From Candidatus Odyssella sp. (GTDB taxonomy: Bacteria > Pseudomonadota > Alphaproteobacteria > Bin65): a DNA stretch of 64,000 nt. Numbering within the stretch: position 1 is the first letter of the stretch; each line of letters begins with the position of its first letter. The notes under the pieces were generated by a model, which was not told the origin of the DNA, made no database searches, and saw only the letters and a program-made list of their open reading frames with translations. Location: contig JAEULD010000051.1 in the NCBI GenBank assembly GCA_016792765.1, positions 1,774 through 65,773 of the forward strand, given 5' to 3'. Positions 20,948-34,101 of this stretch are shown here, piece by piece. Both the position numbers and the translations under genes were made by a program.

Positions 20948-21469
20948 ATGGCCAAAGAGGGCATGGACAAGGATATGCTGCGCTACGACCGCATGGTCGA
21001 GGCAGCATTGCGCGGCGTGGTGCGCGAGGCGATCGCCCGCGTTGCCGGTTTCGGCCTTCCCGGCGGACACAGCCTCTACATCACGTTCCGCTCCGATTTT
21101 CCCGGCGTCGACATGCCGGACTGGCTGAAGGCGCAGTATCCCGACGCGATGACGATCGTCCTCGAGCACCAGTATTGGGATCTCGCGGCCGACGAGGAGA
21201 CGTTCGGCGTCACGTTGAGCTTCAAGGGGCGCCGCCAGCGCATCACCGTGCCCTATGCGGCGCTCACCGCGTTTCACGACCCTGGCGTGCAATTCGGCCT
21301 GCGCTTCGACCAGTCGCAGGACGGCGAGGAAAAGAGCGCGGCGCAGGCCGGAAAGCCGGCGCCGCTGCCCGGTCCGGCGCCCGCGGCGAAGCCTGCGCCC
21401 GAGCCGGCCGCCGCCGATGCGGCCAAGACGGCCCAGGTCGTCAATCTCGAGGCGTTCCGGAAGAAGTAG
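20948..21469 (+). CDS. sspB: ClpXP adaptor SspB (alpha-type)
   Basis: 173 aa. The N-domain MLRYDRMVEAALRGVVREA...YITF...VLEHQYWDL, a disordered A/P linker, and the C-terminal ClpX-binding-like tail VVNLEAFRKK match the alphaproteobacterial SspB family. Confidence 0.85.
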   Translation: MAKEGMDKDMLRYDRMVEAALRGVVREAIARVAGFGLPGGHSLYITFRSDFPGVDMPDWLKAQYPDAMTIVLEHQYWDLAADEETFGVTLSFKGRRQRITVPYAALTAFHDPGVQFGLRFDQSQDGEEKSAAQAGKPAPLPGPAPAAKPAPEPAAADAAKTAQVVNLEAFRKK

Positions 21470-21519
21470 CCGGCTGGCGCGATCGCCGGCCCGCGGCGGG
21501 ACACTCGCGCCGCCGATCT

Positions 21520-21903
21520 CTAATGCGTGGTACAGGCCCAGGCGGTGACGGTGCAGGCGGGCCCACGCTGCGCGCAGGCGGAGAGCGCGCGGCTTCGAGC
21601 CCGGTCGCGCCAGCGATTTTTCGCCCAGCCGCTGGCTCCGGACGGATTTTCCGCGACGGCGGCGCAATTCGCCACGAACACGATGGTCTGCGGACAGGCG
21701 CCGCCGCAGGCGTCGAGCGCGGCCTGGCGCGCTTCGCTCGCGCTCGGGTAGTCGACGGCGGTTCCGGCCTTGCGGTCGGGGCCACCGAACGCGATGGCGC
21801 CCCACTTGTTCGCCGTCTGCGCGTCGGCAGCGGTGGCGAGCAGGGCGGCGGCCAAGGCGGCGAGGGCGGTGCGGGCGGCGGTGCGTGTCGCTGTGCGGAT
21901 CAT
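21520..21903 (-). CDS. DUF4189 domain secreted protein
   Basis: ATG 21903 (MIRTATRTAARTALAALAAALLATAADA). WGAIAF...ALDACGGACPQTIVFVANCAAVA matches the DUF4189 pattern. Confidence 0.7.
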   Translation of the reverse strand: MIRTATRTAARTALAALAAALLATAADAQTANKWGAIAFGGPDRKAGTAVDYPSASEARQAALDACGGACPQTIVFVANCAAVAENPSGASGWAKNRWRDRARSRALSACAQRGPACTVTAWACTTH

Positions 21904-22031
21904 GGAGCGGGCCTCGGCCGCATCAATCCTCCGCCCGCGGCCAGCGTCCATCGAATTCGTGGTTAACGCGGTTTCTTGCCGCCCCGCGCGGCAGCCGGTA
22001 GGAATAGGACCGGGATCTTCCGGAGCGGCGA

Positions 22032-22535
22032 ATGCGGCGCGCGCATCTCAAGGCGGGACTGGCGGCGATGGCCGCGGCGGCGATCGTCGCGGCGCCGGCC
22101 ATGGCACAGAACACGTTCAAGTCCGGCAACTGGAACGGCGGCCCCTTCTTCAACGGGCAGCAATTCTCGCATTGCTACGTCAACGTCGGCTACGCCGACG
22201 GCACGCAGCTCATGATCCAGCTGACGCCGCAGATGGTCATGTATGTCGGCGCGTCGAAAAGCTCGTGGAACATGGACCCGACGCAGCAATACGACGTGTC
22301 GTTCGAGGTCGACGGCGGCTACAAGAAGTCCTTCCGCGGCCGCGTCACCGCGGACCGGCGCAATGCGATCTGGTTCACGATCGGCAACGACGCCGAATTG
22401 CGCCGCGCCCTGGCCGGCAACGGAACGATGACGTGGGTCGACGCGCAGAGCGCGCGGTTCCCGTTCAATCTCGCCGGCGGCGACAACGCGATGCGGAAAC
22501 TGCTCGCCTGCACCGCCCTCTACGGCGCGGAATAG
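22032..22535 (+). CDS. hypothetical secreted protein (167 aa)
   Basis: Signal peptide ending AAPAMAQN and non-repetitive composition. No family recognised. Confidence 0.55.
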   Translation: MRRAHLKAGLAAMAAAAIVAAPAMAQNTFKSGNWNGGPFFNGQQFSHCYVNVGYADGTQLMIQLTPQMVMYVGASKSSWNMDPTQQYDVSFEVDGGYKKSFRGRVTADRRNAIWFTIGNDAELRRALAGNGTMTWVDAQSARFPFNLAGGDNAMRKLLACTALYGAE

Positions 22536-22604
22536 GCCTTCGCCCGGCGGTCCTGCCGCGCCGCGGCAGTCTCGTGCCCGGGCCGAGCCGACACGGAGGA
22601 CGCG

Positions 22605-24459
<1,855 letters not shown>

Positions 24460-24463
24460 CCGC

Positions 24464-25075
24464 ATGAGCGCGCCGTTCACGGGGCCGGACGGGAAGCCGC
24501 GCTGCCGCTGGTGCGGCGCCGCGCCGGAGTTCCTGCACTACCACGACACCGAGTGGGGCTTCCCGGTCGCCGACGACCGCCGCCTGTTCGAGAAGCTGAG
24601 CCTCGAGGGCTTCCAGTCGGGCCTCTCGTGGCGCACGATCCTCGCGAAGCGCGAGAATTTCCGCGCCGCGTTCCAGGGCTTCGACTTCGACAAGGTCGCG
24701 CGCTTCGGGGCGCGCGACGTGGAGCGCCTGCTGAAGGACGCCGGCATCGTGCGCCACCGCGGCAAGATCGAGGCCGTGATCAACAACGCCAAGCGCGTGC
24801 AGGAGCTCGTACGGCGCGAGGGCTCGTTCGCCGCCTATGTCTGGCGCTTCGAGCCCGATCCCAAGAGCCTCGGCAAGCCGCAAAGCGCCTCCACCTCCGC
24901 CGAATCGATCGCGCTGTCGAAAAACCTGCTGAAGCAGGGCTGGAAGTTCGTCGGCCCGACCACGGTCTACGCGTTCATGCAGGCGATGGGCCTCGTGAAC
25001 GACCACGTGGAGGATTGCGTGATCCGCGCGAAGGCGGCGCGTGCGCGCAAGAGTTTCGCGTCGCCCGCGCGCTGA
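24464..25075 (+). CDS. tag: DNA-3-methyladenine glycosylase I
   Basis: 203 aa with CRWCG...YHDTEWGFP, FEKLSLEGFQSGLSWRTIL, and FVGPTTVYAFMQAMGLVNDH. Confidence 0.92.
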   Translation: MSAPFTGPDGKPRCRWCGAAPEFLHYHDTEWGFPVADDRRLFEKLSLEGFQSGLSWRTILAKRENFRAAFQGFDFDKVARFGARDVERLLKDAGIVRHRGKIEAVINNAKRVQELVRREGSFAAYVWRFEPDPKSLGKPQSASTSAESIALSKNLLKQGWKFVGPTTVYAFMQAMGLVNDHVEDCVIRAKAARARKSFASPAR

Positions 25076-25118
25076 CGGTCATTGTATTGCCGCTGCCGGG
25101 CGCTGTAAGACCTGCGCC

Positions 25119-25823
25119 ATGGATCCGAAGACACGGGCGGCGCGCGTCGAGCTTTATCGCCGCATCCACCAGAATTTCCAGGCGCCGGTCTCGCAGTTCG
25201 ACTGCGGTCGCCGATGCGCGCCCCACAATGGCGGCGAGCCGGTGTGCTGCACGACCGAGCACGCGATTCCGGTGGCCGACAAGCCGGAGTTCGACCTGCT
25301 GCGCGCGCGCACCGATCTCTGGCGCCGCTACACGCCCGCCGACGCGCAGGCGCGCCGCGAACTCGCCGATCTGCACGAGGATTGCGTCGCGATCGAATGC
25401 AAGGGCGCGCGCCATTGCGAGCGCGACAACCGGACGATGGCCTGCCGCGCGTTTCCGTTCTTTCCATACATGACGCGCGCGGGCGAGATTCCAGGCCTGT
25501 CCTACTACTGGTCGTTCGAGGACCGCTGCTGGGTGATCAGCAATCTCGGCATCGTGACGCCCGGCTTCGTGCGCGAGTGCATCGCGGCCTACGAACTGGT
25601 GTTCGCCGCCGACCGGGAGGAGCACGAGGTCTACATGCGCCTCTCGGCCGACATGCGCCGCGTCTTCGCGCGCCGCAACGCGGTCATCCCCATCGTCGGC
25701 CGCGACGGGTCGTTCTTTGCGGTCGAGCCGCGCACGCATGCCCTGCGGCCCGCGGCCCCGGCGGAGTTCCCGGCGTTCGGGCCCTACAAGAACGAGGAAG
25801 CGGTCGCCGCGGCGGCGGATTAG
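25119..25823 (+). CDS. hypothetical Cys-rich protein (possibly YkgJ/UPF0153-like metal-chelating domain)
   Basis: ATG 25119 inside track ORF 25041..25823. Cys clusters DCGRRCAPHNGGEPVCC and CVAIECKGARHCERDNRTMACRAFPFFPY. The family assignment is tentative. Confidence 0.5.
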   Translation: MDPKTRAARVELYRRIHQNFQAPVSQFDCGRRCAPHNGGEPVCCTTEHAIPVADKPEFDLLRARTDLWRRYTPADAQARRELADLHEDCVAIECKGARHCERDNRTMACRAFPFFPYMTRAGEIPGLSYYWSFEDRCWVISNLGIVTPGFVRECIAAYELVFAADREEHEVYMRLSADMRRVFARRNAVIPIVGRDGSFFAVEPRTHALRPAAPAEFPAFGPYKNEEAVAAAAD

Positions 25824-25824
25824 C

Positions 25825-26529
25825 TCACGCGCGCTTCGGGATAGCCAGCCCGCGCTGCACGGCCGGGCGGGCCAGGCCGCGCTCGAGCCAGGCGGGAACG
25901 TGCCTGAGGCTGTCGAACGCCACGAGATCGCGCGCCTCGTAGAAATTGATCAGGGTGCGCACCCAACCGAGCAGCGCGATGTCGGCCACCGTGTATTCGT
26001 CCCCCATGATCCACGTGCGCCCCGCCAGCCGGCCTTCGACGACGCCCAGCAGGCGCTTCGCTTCGTTCACATAGCGCTCGAGCGGCCGCTTGTCCTCGAA
26101 CGCCTTGCCCGCGAATCTGTTGAAGAAGCCGACCTGGCCGAACATCGGGCCGACGGCGGCGTTCTGGAAGAACAGCCACTGGATCGCCTCGTAGCGGCGC
26201 GCCGGATCGGCCGGCAACAGCCGCCCGGTCTTGTCCGCGAGATAGATCATGATCGCGCCCGATTCGAACAGGCCGATCGGCCGCCCGCCCGGACCGTTCG
26301 GATCGACGATCGCCGGGATCTTGCCGTTGGGATTGAGCGAGAGGAAATCGGGCGTCCAGCTCTCGTTCTTCGTGATGTCGACGAGATGCGCCTCGTAGGG
26401 CAGGCCGATCTCCTCCAGCATGATCGAGATCTTCACCCCGTTCGGCGTGTTCAGCGAGTAGAGCTGGAGGCGGTCGGGGTGCTGCGCGGGCCAGCGCCGG
26501 GTGATCGGATAGGCGGACAGGTCGGCCAT
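25825..26529 (-). CDS. Nu-class glutathione S-transferase (YfcG/YghU-like)
   Basis: ATG 26529 (MADLSAYP...). TPNGVKISIMLEE...NPNGKIPAIVDP...LFESGAIMIYLADK resembles E. coli YfcG/YghU. Confidence 0.85.
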   Translation of the reverse strand: MADLSAYPITRRWPAQHPDRLQLYSLNTPNGVKISIMLEEIGLPYEAHLVDITKNESWTPDFLSLNPNGKIPAIVDPNGPGGRPIGLFESGAIMIYLADKTGRLLPADPARRYEAIQWLFFQNAAVGPMFGQVGFFNRFAGKAFEDKRPLERYVNEAKRLLGVVEGRLAGRTWIMGDEYTVADIALLGWVRTLINFYEARDLVAFDSLRHVPAWLERGLARPAVQRGLAIPKRA

Positions 26530-26576
26530 GTCGTCTCCGTGTTCGCGGATGAATCGGGTCTCAGCGGCGCCGCGCC

Positions 26577-28136
26577 TCACTCCCACTCGATCGTGCCGGG
26601 CGGCTTGCTGGTGACGTCGTAGAGCACGCGGTTGATGCCGCGGACTTCGTTGGTGATGCGCGTCGAGATGCGCGCGAGCAATTCGGGCGGGAATGCGAAC
26701 CAGTCAGCGGTCATGCCGTCGGTGGAGGTGACGGCGCGCAGCGAGAGCGCGTGGTCGTAGGTGCGCGCGTCGCCCATCACGCCCACGCTCTGCACCGGCA
26801 ACAGCACCGCGAAGGCCTGCCAGATCGTGTCGTAGAGCCCGGCCTTGCGGATTTCCTCGATGTAGATCGCGTCGGCCTTCCTGAGCAGGTCGCATTTCTC
26901 GCGCGTGACGGTGCCGGGGATGCGGATCGCGAGGCCGGGGCCGGGGAACGGGTGGCGGCCGACCAAGGTCTCGGGCAGGCCGAGCTCGCGGCCGAGCGCG
27001 CGCACCTCGTCCTTGAACAGTTCGCGCACCGGCTCGACGAGCTTCAGCTTCATGCGCTCGGGCAGGCCGCCGACATTGTGGTGCGACTTGATCGTCTGCG
27101 AGGGGCCGCCGAAGAACGAGACCGATTCGATCACGTCGGGATAGAGCGTGCCCTGCGCGAGGAACGCGGCGCCGCCCACCTTGTGCGCCTCCTCGTCGAA
27201 CACGTCGATGAACGTCGTGCCGATGATCTTGCGCTTCTGCTCGGGGTCGGACACGCCGGCGAGCTTGCCGAGGAACAGTTCGGACGCGTCGCGGTGGACG
27301 AGCGCAATATTGTAGTGGTTGCGGAACAGCTCGACGACTTCCTTCGCCTCGTTGAGGCGCAGCAGGCCGTGATCGACGAAGATGCAGGTGAGCTGGTCGC
27401 CGATCGCCTCGTGCAGCAGCACCGCCACGACCGACGAATCGACGCCGCCCGAGAGGCCGCAGATCACGCGCTCTTTGCCCACCTGTTCGCGGATCTTGGC
27501 GATCTCCTCGGCGCGGAACGCCTTCATCGACCAATCGCCCTTGAGGCCGGCGATCCGGTGCGTGAAGTTCTTCAACAGCTTCGCGCCGTCCGGCGTGTGC
27601 ATCACCTCGGGATGGAACTGCACGCCGTAGAACTTGCGCTTCTCGTCGGCGATCGCGGCGAACGGCGCGCCCGGGCTTTCGGCCACCGGGCGGAAGCCCG
27701 CGGGGATCGCGATCACGCGGTCGCCGTGGCTCATCCACACCGGATAGGCGCCGCCCTTCGTCCACACGCCGTCGAAGAGCGCGCTGTCGGCGGTCACGCG
27801 CACCTCGGCGCGGCCGAATTCGCGGTGATCGGCGGGCTCCACCTTGCCGCCGAGCACGTCGCACATCGTCTGCTCGCCGTAGCAGATGCCGAGCACCGGC
27901 ACGCCGAGCTTGAAGACGCTCGGCGAGGCGCTGGGCGTGCCCTTCTCGTGCACCGAGGCGGGGCCGCCCGAGAGGATCACGGCCTTGGGCGCGTAATCGG
28001 CGATGCGCTTCTCGGGCACGTTGAACGGCATGATCTCGCAGTAGACGCCGCTCTCGCGCACGCGCCGGGCGATGAGCTGCGTGTATTGCGCGCCGAAATC
28101 GAGGATGAGGACGCGTTCGTGATGGCCGATGGTCAT
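26577..28136 (-). CDS. guaA: GMP synthase (glutamine-hydrolysing)
   Basis: 519 aa with a GATase-1 domain, ATP-PPase P-loop [14 protein letters not shown], and C-terminal KPPGTIEWE. Confidence 0.97.
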   Translation of the reverse strand: MTIGHHERVLILDFGAQYTQLIARRVRESGVYCEIMPFNVPEKRIADYAPKAVILSGGPASVHEKGTPSASPSVFKLGVPVLGICYGEQTMCDVLGGKVEPADHREFGRAEVRVTADSALFDGVWTKGGAYPVWMSHGDRVIAIPAGFRPVAESPGAPFAAIADEKRKFYGVQFHPEVMHTPDGAKLLKNFTHRIAGLKGDWSMKAFRAEEIAKIREQVGKERVICGLSGGVDSSVVAVLLHEAIGDQLTCIFVDHGLLRLNEAKEVVELFRNHYNIALVHRDASELFLGKLAGVSDPEQKRKIIGTTFIDVFDEEAHKVGGAAFLAQGTLYPDVIESVSFFGGPSQTIKSHHNVGGLPERMKLKLVEPVRELFKDEVRALGRELGLPETLVGRHPFPGPGLAIRIPGTVTREKCDLLRKADAIYIEEIRKAGLYDTIWQAFAVLLPVQSVGVMGDARTYDHALSLRAVTSTDGMTADWFAFPPELLARISTRITNEVRGINRVLYDVTSKPPGTIEWE

Positions 28137-28173
28137 GTCGTTTCCGTGGTTCGGGACTCGATGTTAGCGAGGT

Positions 28174-28725
28174 TCAGCGGCGCGCGCATGGGCCGCCCTG
28201 GGCGAAAACGGCGGCGAGATCGGGCCAGCGGTAGCCGACCTGGGGGACGTCCTTGCCCCACAGGCGCTCGACGCGCTCGATGTTCCGCTTGCCGCCCATC
28301 GCCTCGTAGAAGAAGCGCGAAGGGTTCTGGGCCAGCACCCACAGCATCGCCTGGTAGCAGCCGCGCTCGCGCAGGCCCTGCAGCAGCGCGCAGATCAGCG
28401 CACGGCCGATGCCGCGGTTCTGGAAGTCGGGGCGGACGTAGAGCGTGTAGATCTCGCCTTCGCGCTTCGCGCCGTCGCGCCCCGGCCCGGCGCTGCCGAA
28501 GCCGGCGATGCCGCCCTTGGCGTCGACGGCGACGCGGACGAACTCGCGTGCCCGCCGCGCCGCGAGCAGGCGCGTCCAGTAGTAGCCCTGCGCCTCGTCC
28601 GACATCTTGATCAGAACGCGGTCCGGCAGGATGCCGGGATAAGTGGCGCGCCAGGTCTCGACATAGGCCGCGGCGATCTTCTCCGCGTCCTCGGGAATGC
28701 CGGCACGCACCGCGAAGCCGCTCAT
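28174..28725 (-). CDS. GNAT family N-acetyltransferase
   Basis: 183 aa C-terminal part of track ORF 28174..30690. Acetyl-CoA motif FQNRGIGRAL. Its ATG overlaps the upstream stop (ATGA). Confidence 0.85.
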   Translation of the reverse strand: MSGFAVRAGIPEDAEKIAAAYVETWRATYPGILPDRVLIKMSDEAQGYYWTRLLAARRAREFVRVAVDAKGGIAGFGSAGPGRDGAKREGEIYTLYVRPDFQNRGIGRALICALLQGLRERGCYQAMLWVLAQNPSRFFYEAMGGKRNIERVERLWGKDVPQVGYRWPDLAAVFAQGGPCARR

Positions 28726-30026
28726 GGCGGCTCCAGCACGGCCGCGAAGAACCCGTCCGTCCGGTGCCGGTGCGGCGTCAGCAGCATGTGCGCGCTGTCG
28801 AACGGCGCTTTCGTACCGAGCGCATCGCGCCAGGCCCTGTCGGCGGCGATCGGGCGCCATCCCTCGTTCGACGAAATGAAGGCCGCGACCTGATCCGCGC
28901 CTTCGGACGGCAAGATCGAGCAGACGGCGTAGACGAGCCGCCCATTCGGCCGCACGTGCCGAGCGGCCACGCGCAGCAGCGCGGCCTGCGCTGCGCGATA
29001 GCGATCGAGCATCGCCGGCGTTAGCCGCCACTTGGCGTCGGGGTGACGCCGCCACGTGCCCGAGCCGCTGCACGGCGCGTCGACGAGCACGCGGTCGAAC
29101 TGACCGAGCGTGTCGGTCCCATTGCCCTTGCCGAGCGCCTGGGTTTTCACGATGCGCGCGCCGCTGCGCGCCAGGCGCGGCGCGAGGCGGGCAAGGCGTT
29201 TCGCATCGGTATCGCAGGCGAGGATGCTGCCGCGATTGCCCATCGCGGCCGCCAGCGCCAGCGATTTGCCGCCGCCGCCGGCGCAGAGATCGAGCACGCG
29301 CATGCCCGGCTTGGCGCCGACGAGCAGCGACGCGAGCTGAGAGGATTCGTCCTGCACCTCGACGAGGCCTTCGCGATAGGCGGCGAGGCCGGCCACGTTC
29401 GCGCGGCCTTCGAGGCGCATGCCCAGCGGCGAGAGCGGCGTCGGCCGGGCCGCAATGCCGGCCTTCGCGAGCGCGGCAAGGGCTTCGTCGCGCGTCGCCT
29501 TCAACGTGTTGACGCGCAGATCGATCGGAGCGCCCTGCGCGAACGCGATCATTTCGGCCCAGGCCGCGCTGCCGAACTGCGCATCGATCTCGGGCGCGAG
29601 CCATTCCGGAAAGCTCGCCTGGCCGGCGACCGTCGGTGGCACCTCCTGCTGAACGTCGATCATGCGCACGCGGCGCGCTTCGTCTTCGGTGAGCGGGGCG
29701 GGGTGGTAGCGGCCGCCGTCGCAACAGGCCGCGAGTTCCGCCGTGGCAATGCCGCCATGCACGGCAAAGGTCCAGAGCGCGCGAAAGCGGTTCGTGGCGG
29801 ACAGGCCGGCCTGATTCGCGAGCAGCCAGTCGATCGTCGCGCGCTGGCGCAGGGTCTGGAACACGGCATCGCCGATCGCGCGGCGGTCCTTGGCGCCGAT
29901 GTAGCGCCGGCCGCGGAAATAGGCGTTGAGCACGGCGTCGGCGGGCAGCGCTTCCTCGCCTGCGGGCGGCGTCTCGATGCGGTCGAGCAACTCGACTGCG
30001 GCCTGAATACGCGCGCCGGGGGTCAT
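28722..30026 (-). CDS. RsmB/NOP-family SAM-dependent RNA (m5C) methyltransferase
   Basis: ATG 30026 (MTPGARIQAAVELLDRIE). SAM motif VLDLCAGGGGKS and catalytic DAPCSGSGTWRR and VYAVCS. Confidence 0.88.
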   Translation of the reverse strand: MTPGARIQAAVELLDRIETPPAGEEALPADAVLNAYFRGRRYIGAKDRRAIGDAVFQTLRQRATIDWLLANQAGLSATNRFRALWTFAVHGGIATAELAACCDGGRYHPAPLTEDEARRVRMIDVQQEVPPTVAGQASFPEWLAPEIDAQFGSAAWAEMIAFAQGAPIDLRVNTLKATRDEALAALAKAGIAARPTPLSPLGMRLEGRANVAGLAAYREGLVEVQDESSQLASLLVGAKPGMRVLDLCAGGGGKSLALAAAMGNRGSILACDTDAKRLARLAPRLARSGARIVKTQALGKGNGTDTLGQFDRVLVDAPCSGSGTWRRHPDAKWRLTPAMLDRYRAAQAALLRVAARHVRPNGRLVYAVCSILPSEGADQVAAFISSNEGWRPIAADRAWRDALGTKAPFDSAHMLLTPHRHRTDGFFAAVLEPP

Positions 30027-30191
30027 CGCAGACCGTCGCACAAAGCGAGGCAAGCGAGAGTCTTCCCCCGCTTGCGATGGAAGGTGGGATGGGGATGAGG
30101 CCGCGAGATGATCGTCGGAATTCGGACTCGCTCGCAGGCCCCCTTCCGGCTTGCCCCGCAAGCGGAGTAGGCGAAGCCCGCGGTCTGCCCG

Positions 30192-31859
<1,668 letters not shown>

Positions 31860-31894
31860 TCACCGCCGCTCGCGGCGGAGATGCGCGAGCCGCG

Positions 31895-32419
31895 CTACGG
31901 CTGCAGCTCGTACGACCCCGTGCAATCGTACACGCAGCGGCCGAGCCAGGTCTGCCGGCGCAGCGTGCAATTGTAGGTGTAGACGTAGGTATAGCCGTAG
32001 TGCTTCTTCGTCTCGGTCTTCGTGAACGAGCCGGGGCAGCTGCCGCCATAGACGTAGGGCGTGGCGCCGCCGGCCGTTCCGCCCGGCGCCGCCTTGTCGG
32101 GCTTGTGCACGTGTTCGTGCGATTCGAGCTTGATCTTGTGCTTCTTCGCCCAGGCGTGGAGGTCGGCCAGCATCGTGGCCCAGGGGCCGGGACGCGGCGT
32201 GCCGTCTTCTTCGAAGTCCTCGCGCTTCAGAGCAGCGCTCAGCGCTTTCACCCGCGCCTGGATCGCGTCGAACTCGCTCTTCGCGGCGGCGCTCCATTTC
32301 GGCGGCAGCTTCGGGGCTTTGCGCGCCGTCTTCTTCGCGGCCGCTTTCGGCGTCTGCTTGCGTGCCGCAGCCGGTTTGCGGGCGGGCTTCGATTTCGGCT
32401 TCGCTTTCCTCGTGGCCAT
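31895..32419 (-). CDS. hypothetical protein with a histone-H1-like Lys/Ala/Pro N-terminus and a Cys/Tyr-rich C-terminus
   Basis: 174 aa C-terminal part of track ORF 31895..33124. ATG 32419 is preceded by AAGGGGGATC. No signal peptide and no family recognised. Confidence 0.5.
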   Translation of the reverse strand: MATRKAKPKSKPARKPAAARKQTPKAAAKKTARKAPKLPPKWSAAAKSEFDAIQARVKALSAALKREDFEEDGTPRPGPWATMLADLHAWAKKHKIKLESHEHVHKPDKAAPGGTAGGATPYVYGGSCPGSFTKTETKKHYGYTYVYTYNCTLRRQTWLGRCVYDCTGSYELQP

Positions 32420-32606
32420 GGATCCCCCTTGTGTGCGGAGCGTGAGCATCGCAGCCAAGTGTCGCACGCGGCGATTGCGAGTCAACCCATGGTCGGCCAC
32501 TCCCGGTACGTCGCTTGCCGCGGGCATGCCACGAAACGCTCGGCGGCGGCGCTCACGCCACGCGGCCGATCGAAGGCGGGAGGAAGGGCTCCGGAAACGG
32601 GCCGGC

Positions 32607-33194
32607 CTAGAAACGCTGGCGCAGCCCGAACGTCGCGCCGGTATTGCCGTGCGGGTTCTGCACGTCCGGTTGTGCATGATAGCCCCGCGCGAGGAAGCCG
32701 GCCTTGCCCGCCTCGTCGAACGGCAGCGACAGGCCGTTGTTCTCGCCGGACGGCACGCCGGCGCGGGCGCGCCGCCACGACGGGTTTTCCCGATCCTCGA
32801 TAGCCGCGCCGAGTTTCGTGCCGGGCAAGAGGAGATCGAGGCGCCGCTCCAGTTCCTTGGCGCGTGCGGCGGCCGTGGCCTGCGGCGGCTGCGCGGGCGC
32901 GGCGGCGGCGGCGACGGGGCGGCGTTTTTCCGGTGCCGCTTGCGGCGCCTTCGGCTTCGGCGCCGGGGCGGCGGCGCGCGCCTTGTCCTTGCTCTTTGGC
33001 TTGACGACCATGCGCCGCCTTTCCGCGGCCGCGCCGGCCAGTTTTTCGGATTTCGTTGCGGTATCGCGCGCGGCGGACGGCCCTGCGCCGACGGCCTGTT
33101 GCGGCGGCCGCGCCTCGTTCGCATAGGCGGCGCCGGCGCCGAACGCGAGTCCGGCCGAGATCAGGATGGCGGCGGATAGGCACGCACGGCCCAT
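32607..33194 (-). CDS. hypothetical secreted protein (195 aa) with an A/P/K-rich middle and a C-terminal Phe
   Basis: Signal peptide ending GAAYANE, a low-complexity middle, and an ending of ...GATFGLRQRF. No family recognised. Confidence 0.5.
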   Translation of the reverse strand: MGRACLSAAILISAGLAFGAGAAYANEARPPQQAVGAGPSAARDTATKSEKLAGAAAERRRMVVKPKSKDKARAAAPAPKPKAPQAAPEKRRPVAAAAAPAQPPQATAAARAKELERRLDLLLPGTKLGAAIEDRENPSWRRARAGVPSGENNGLSLPFDEAGKAGFLARGYHAQPDVQNPHGNTGATFGLRQRF

Positions 33195-33358
33195 GATCCT
33201 TGGCCCCGTTGGATCCGCGAGTCGCTGGCCCCTTGCTACGAAATCCTTGATTCCATTGCAAGTCTAACGCCAACGGAAGGTTAACGATGCGGCCAGGTTA
33301 GTACCGAATGGTTAACCATAGGTTTCCGCGCGGTGCTCCGGTCGCCGCGGCAGGCGGC

Positions 33359-34003
33359 TCAGGGCTCGAAGTCGGGCTGGTTCTTGGGATGCGCCTTGTC
33401 GAACGCCGGCAGCTTCATGCAGTTGTCGAAGATGCGCTTGATGTTGGGATAGGGGGCCAGCGGCAGCTTGAAGCGCAGCGAGTTGAAGACCTGCGGCACC
33501 AGATAGATGTCGGCGAAGGTCGGCGTCTCGCCGTGGCAATAGGTGCCGGTCTTGGGATGGTCGGCGAGCATGCCTTCGAGACCGCGGAAGCCCAGCGCGA
33601 TCCAGTGGTTGAACCAGTCCTCGAACTGGCCCTCGCTCACCTGCAGCACCTTCTGCAGGTAGGTGAGGACGCGCAGATTGTCGATCGGGTGGATGTCGCA
33701 GCCGACGACCATCGCGAGCGCGCGCACGCGGGCGCGTTCGATCGGATCCTTGGGCAATAACGGCGGATTGGGATGCGTCTCCTCGAGCCATTCGAGGATC
33801 GCCGGCGACTGCACCAGGACGTCGCCCGCGTCGGTGACGACGGTCGGCACCTGCTCCTGCGGATTGTATTTCGTATAGGCGGCGGCGAACTGGTCGCCCT
33901 TGCGCAGGTGAATCGACTTGAAGTCCGGCGCAAGACCCTTGAGGCCGAACGCGATGCGCACGCGGAACGAGGCCGAGGACCGGAAATAGCCGTAATAGAG
34001 CAT
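33359..34003 (-). CDS. maiA: maleylacetoacetate isomerase (zeta-class GST)
   Basis: 214 aa C-terminal part of track ORF 33359..35854. It has the zeta-GST N-terminal motif YFRSSASFRVRIAF and QVPTVV...LVQSPAILEWLEE. Confidence 0.88.
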   Translation of the reverse strand: MLYYGYFRSSASFRVRIAFGLKGLAPDFKSIHLRKGDQFAAAYTKYNPQEQVPTVVTDAGDVLVQSPAILEWLEETHPNPPLLPKDPIERARVRALAMVVGCDIHPIDNLRVLTYLQKVLQVSEGQFEDWFNHWIALGFRGLEGMLADHPKTGTYCHGETPTFADIYLVPQVFNSLRFKLPLAPYPNIKRIFDNCMKLPAFDKAHPKNQPDFEP

Positions 34004-34101
34004 CGTCTCCTCCCGATTTGCCGCGGACGATGCGGGCGCGCGGCAGATCGAGTCAAGGTCGCGCGCCGCGCGGGCGGCACTCGGCCATTCGGCCGGGCGT
34101 C

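Noticed and set aside
30027-30191. The 165-nt guaB-rsmB spacer has several short inverted repeats (GCAGACCG/CGGTCTGC, GGCAAGC/GCTTGCC, CCGCTTGCG/CGCAAGCGG), suggesting a structured RNA.
   Set aside because: The repeats are only 7-9 bp, and their order is not properly nested into one helix stack. Matches of this length are expected by chance in GC-rich DNA. No recognisable motif.
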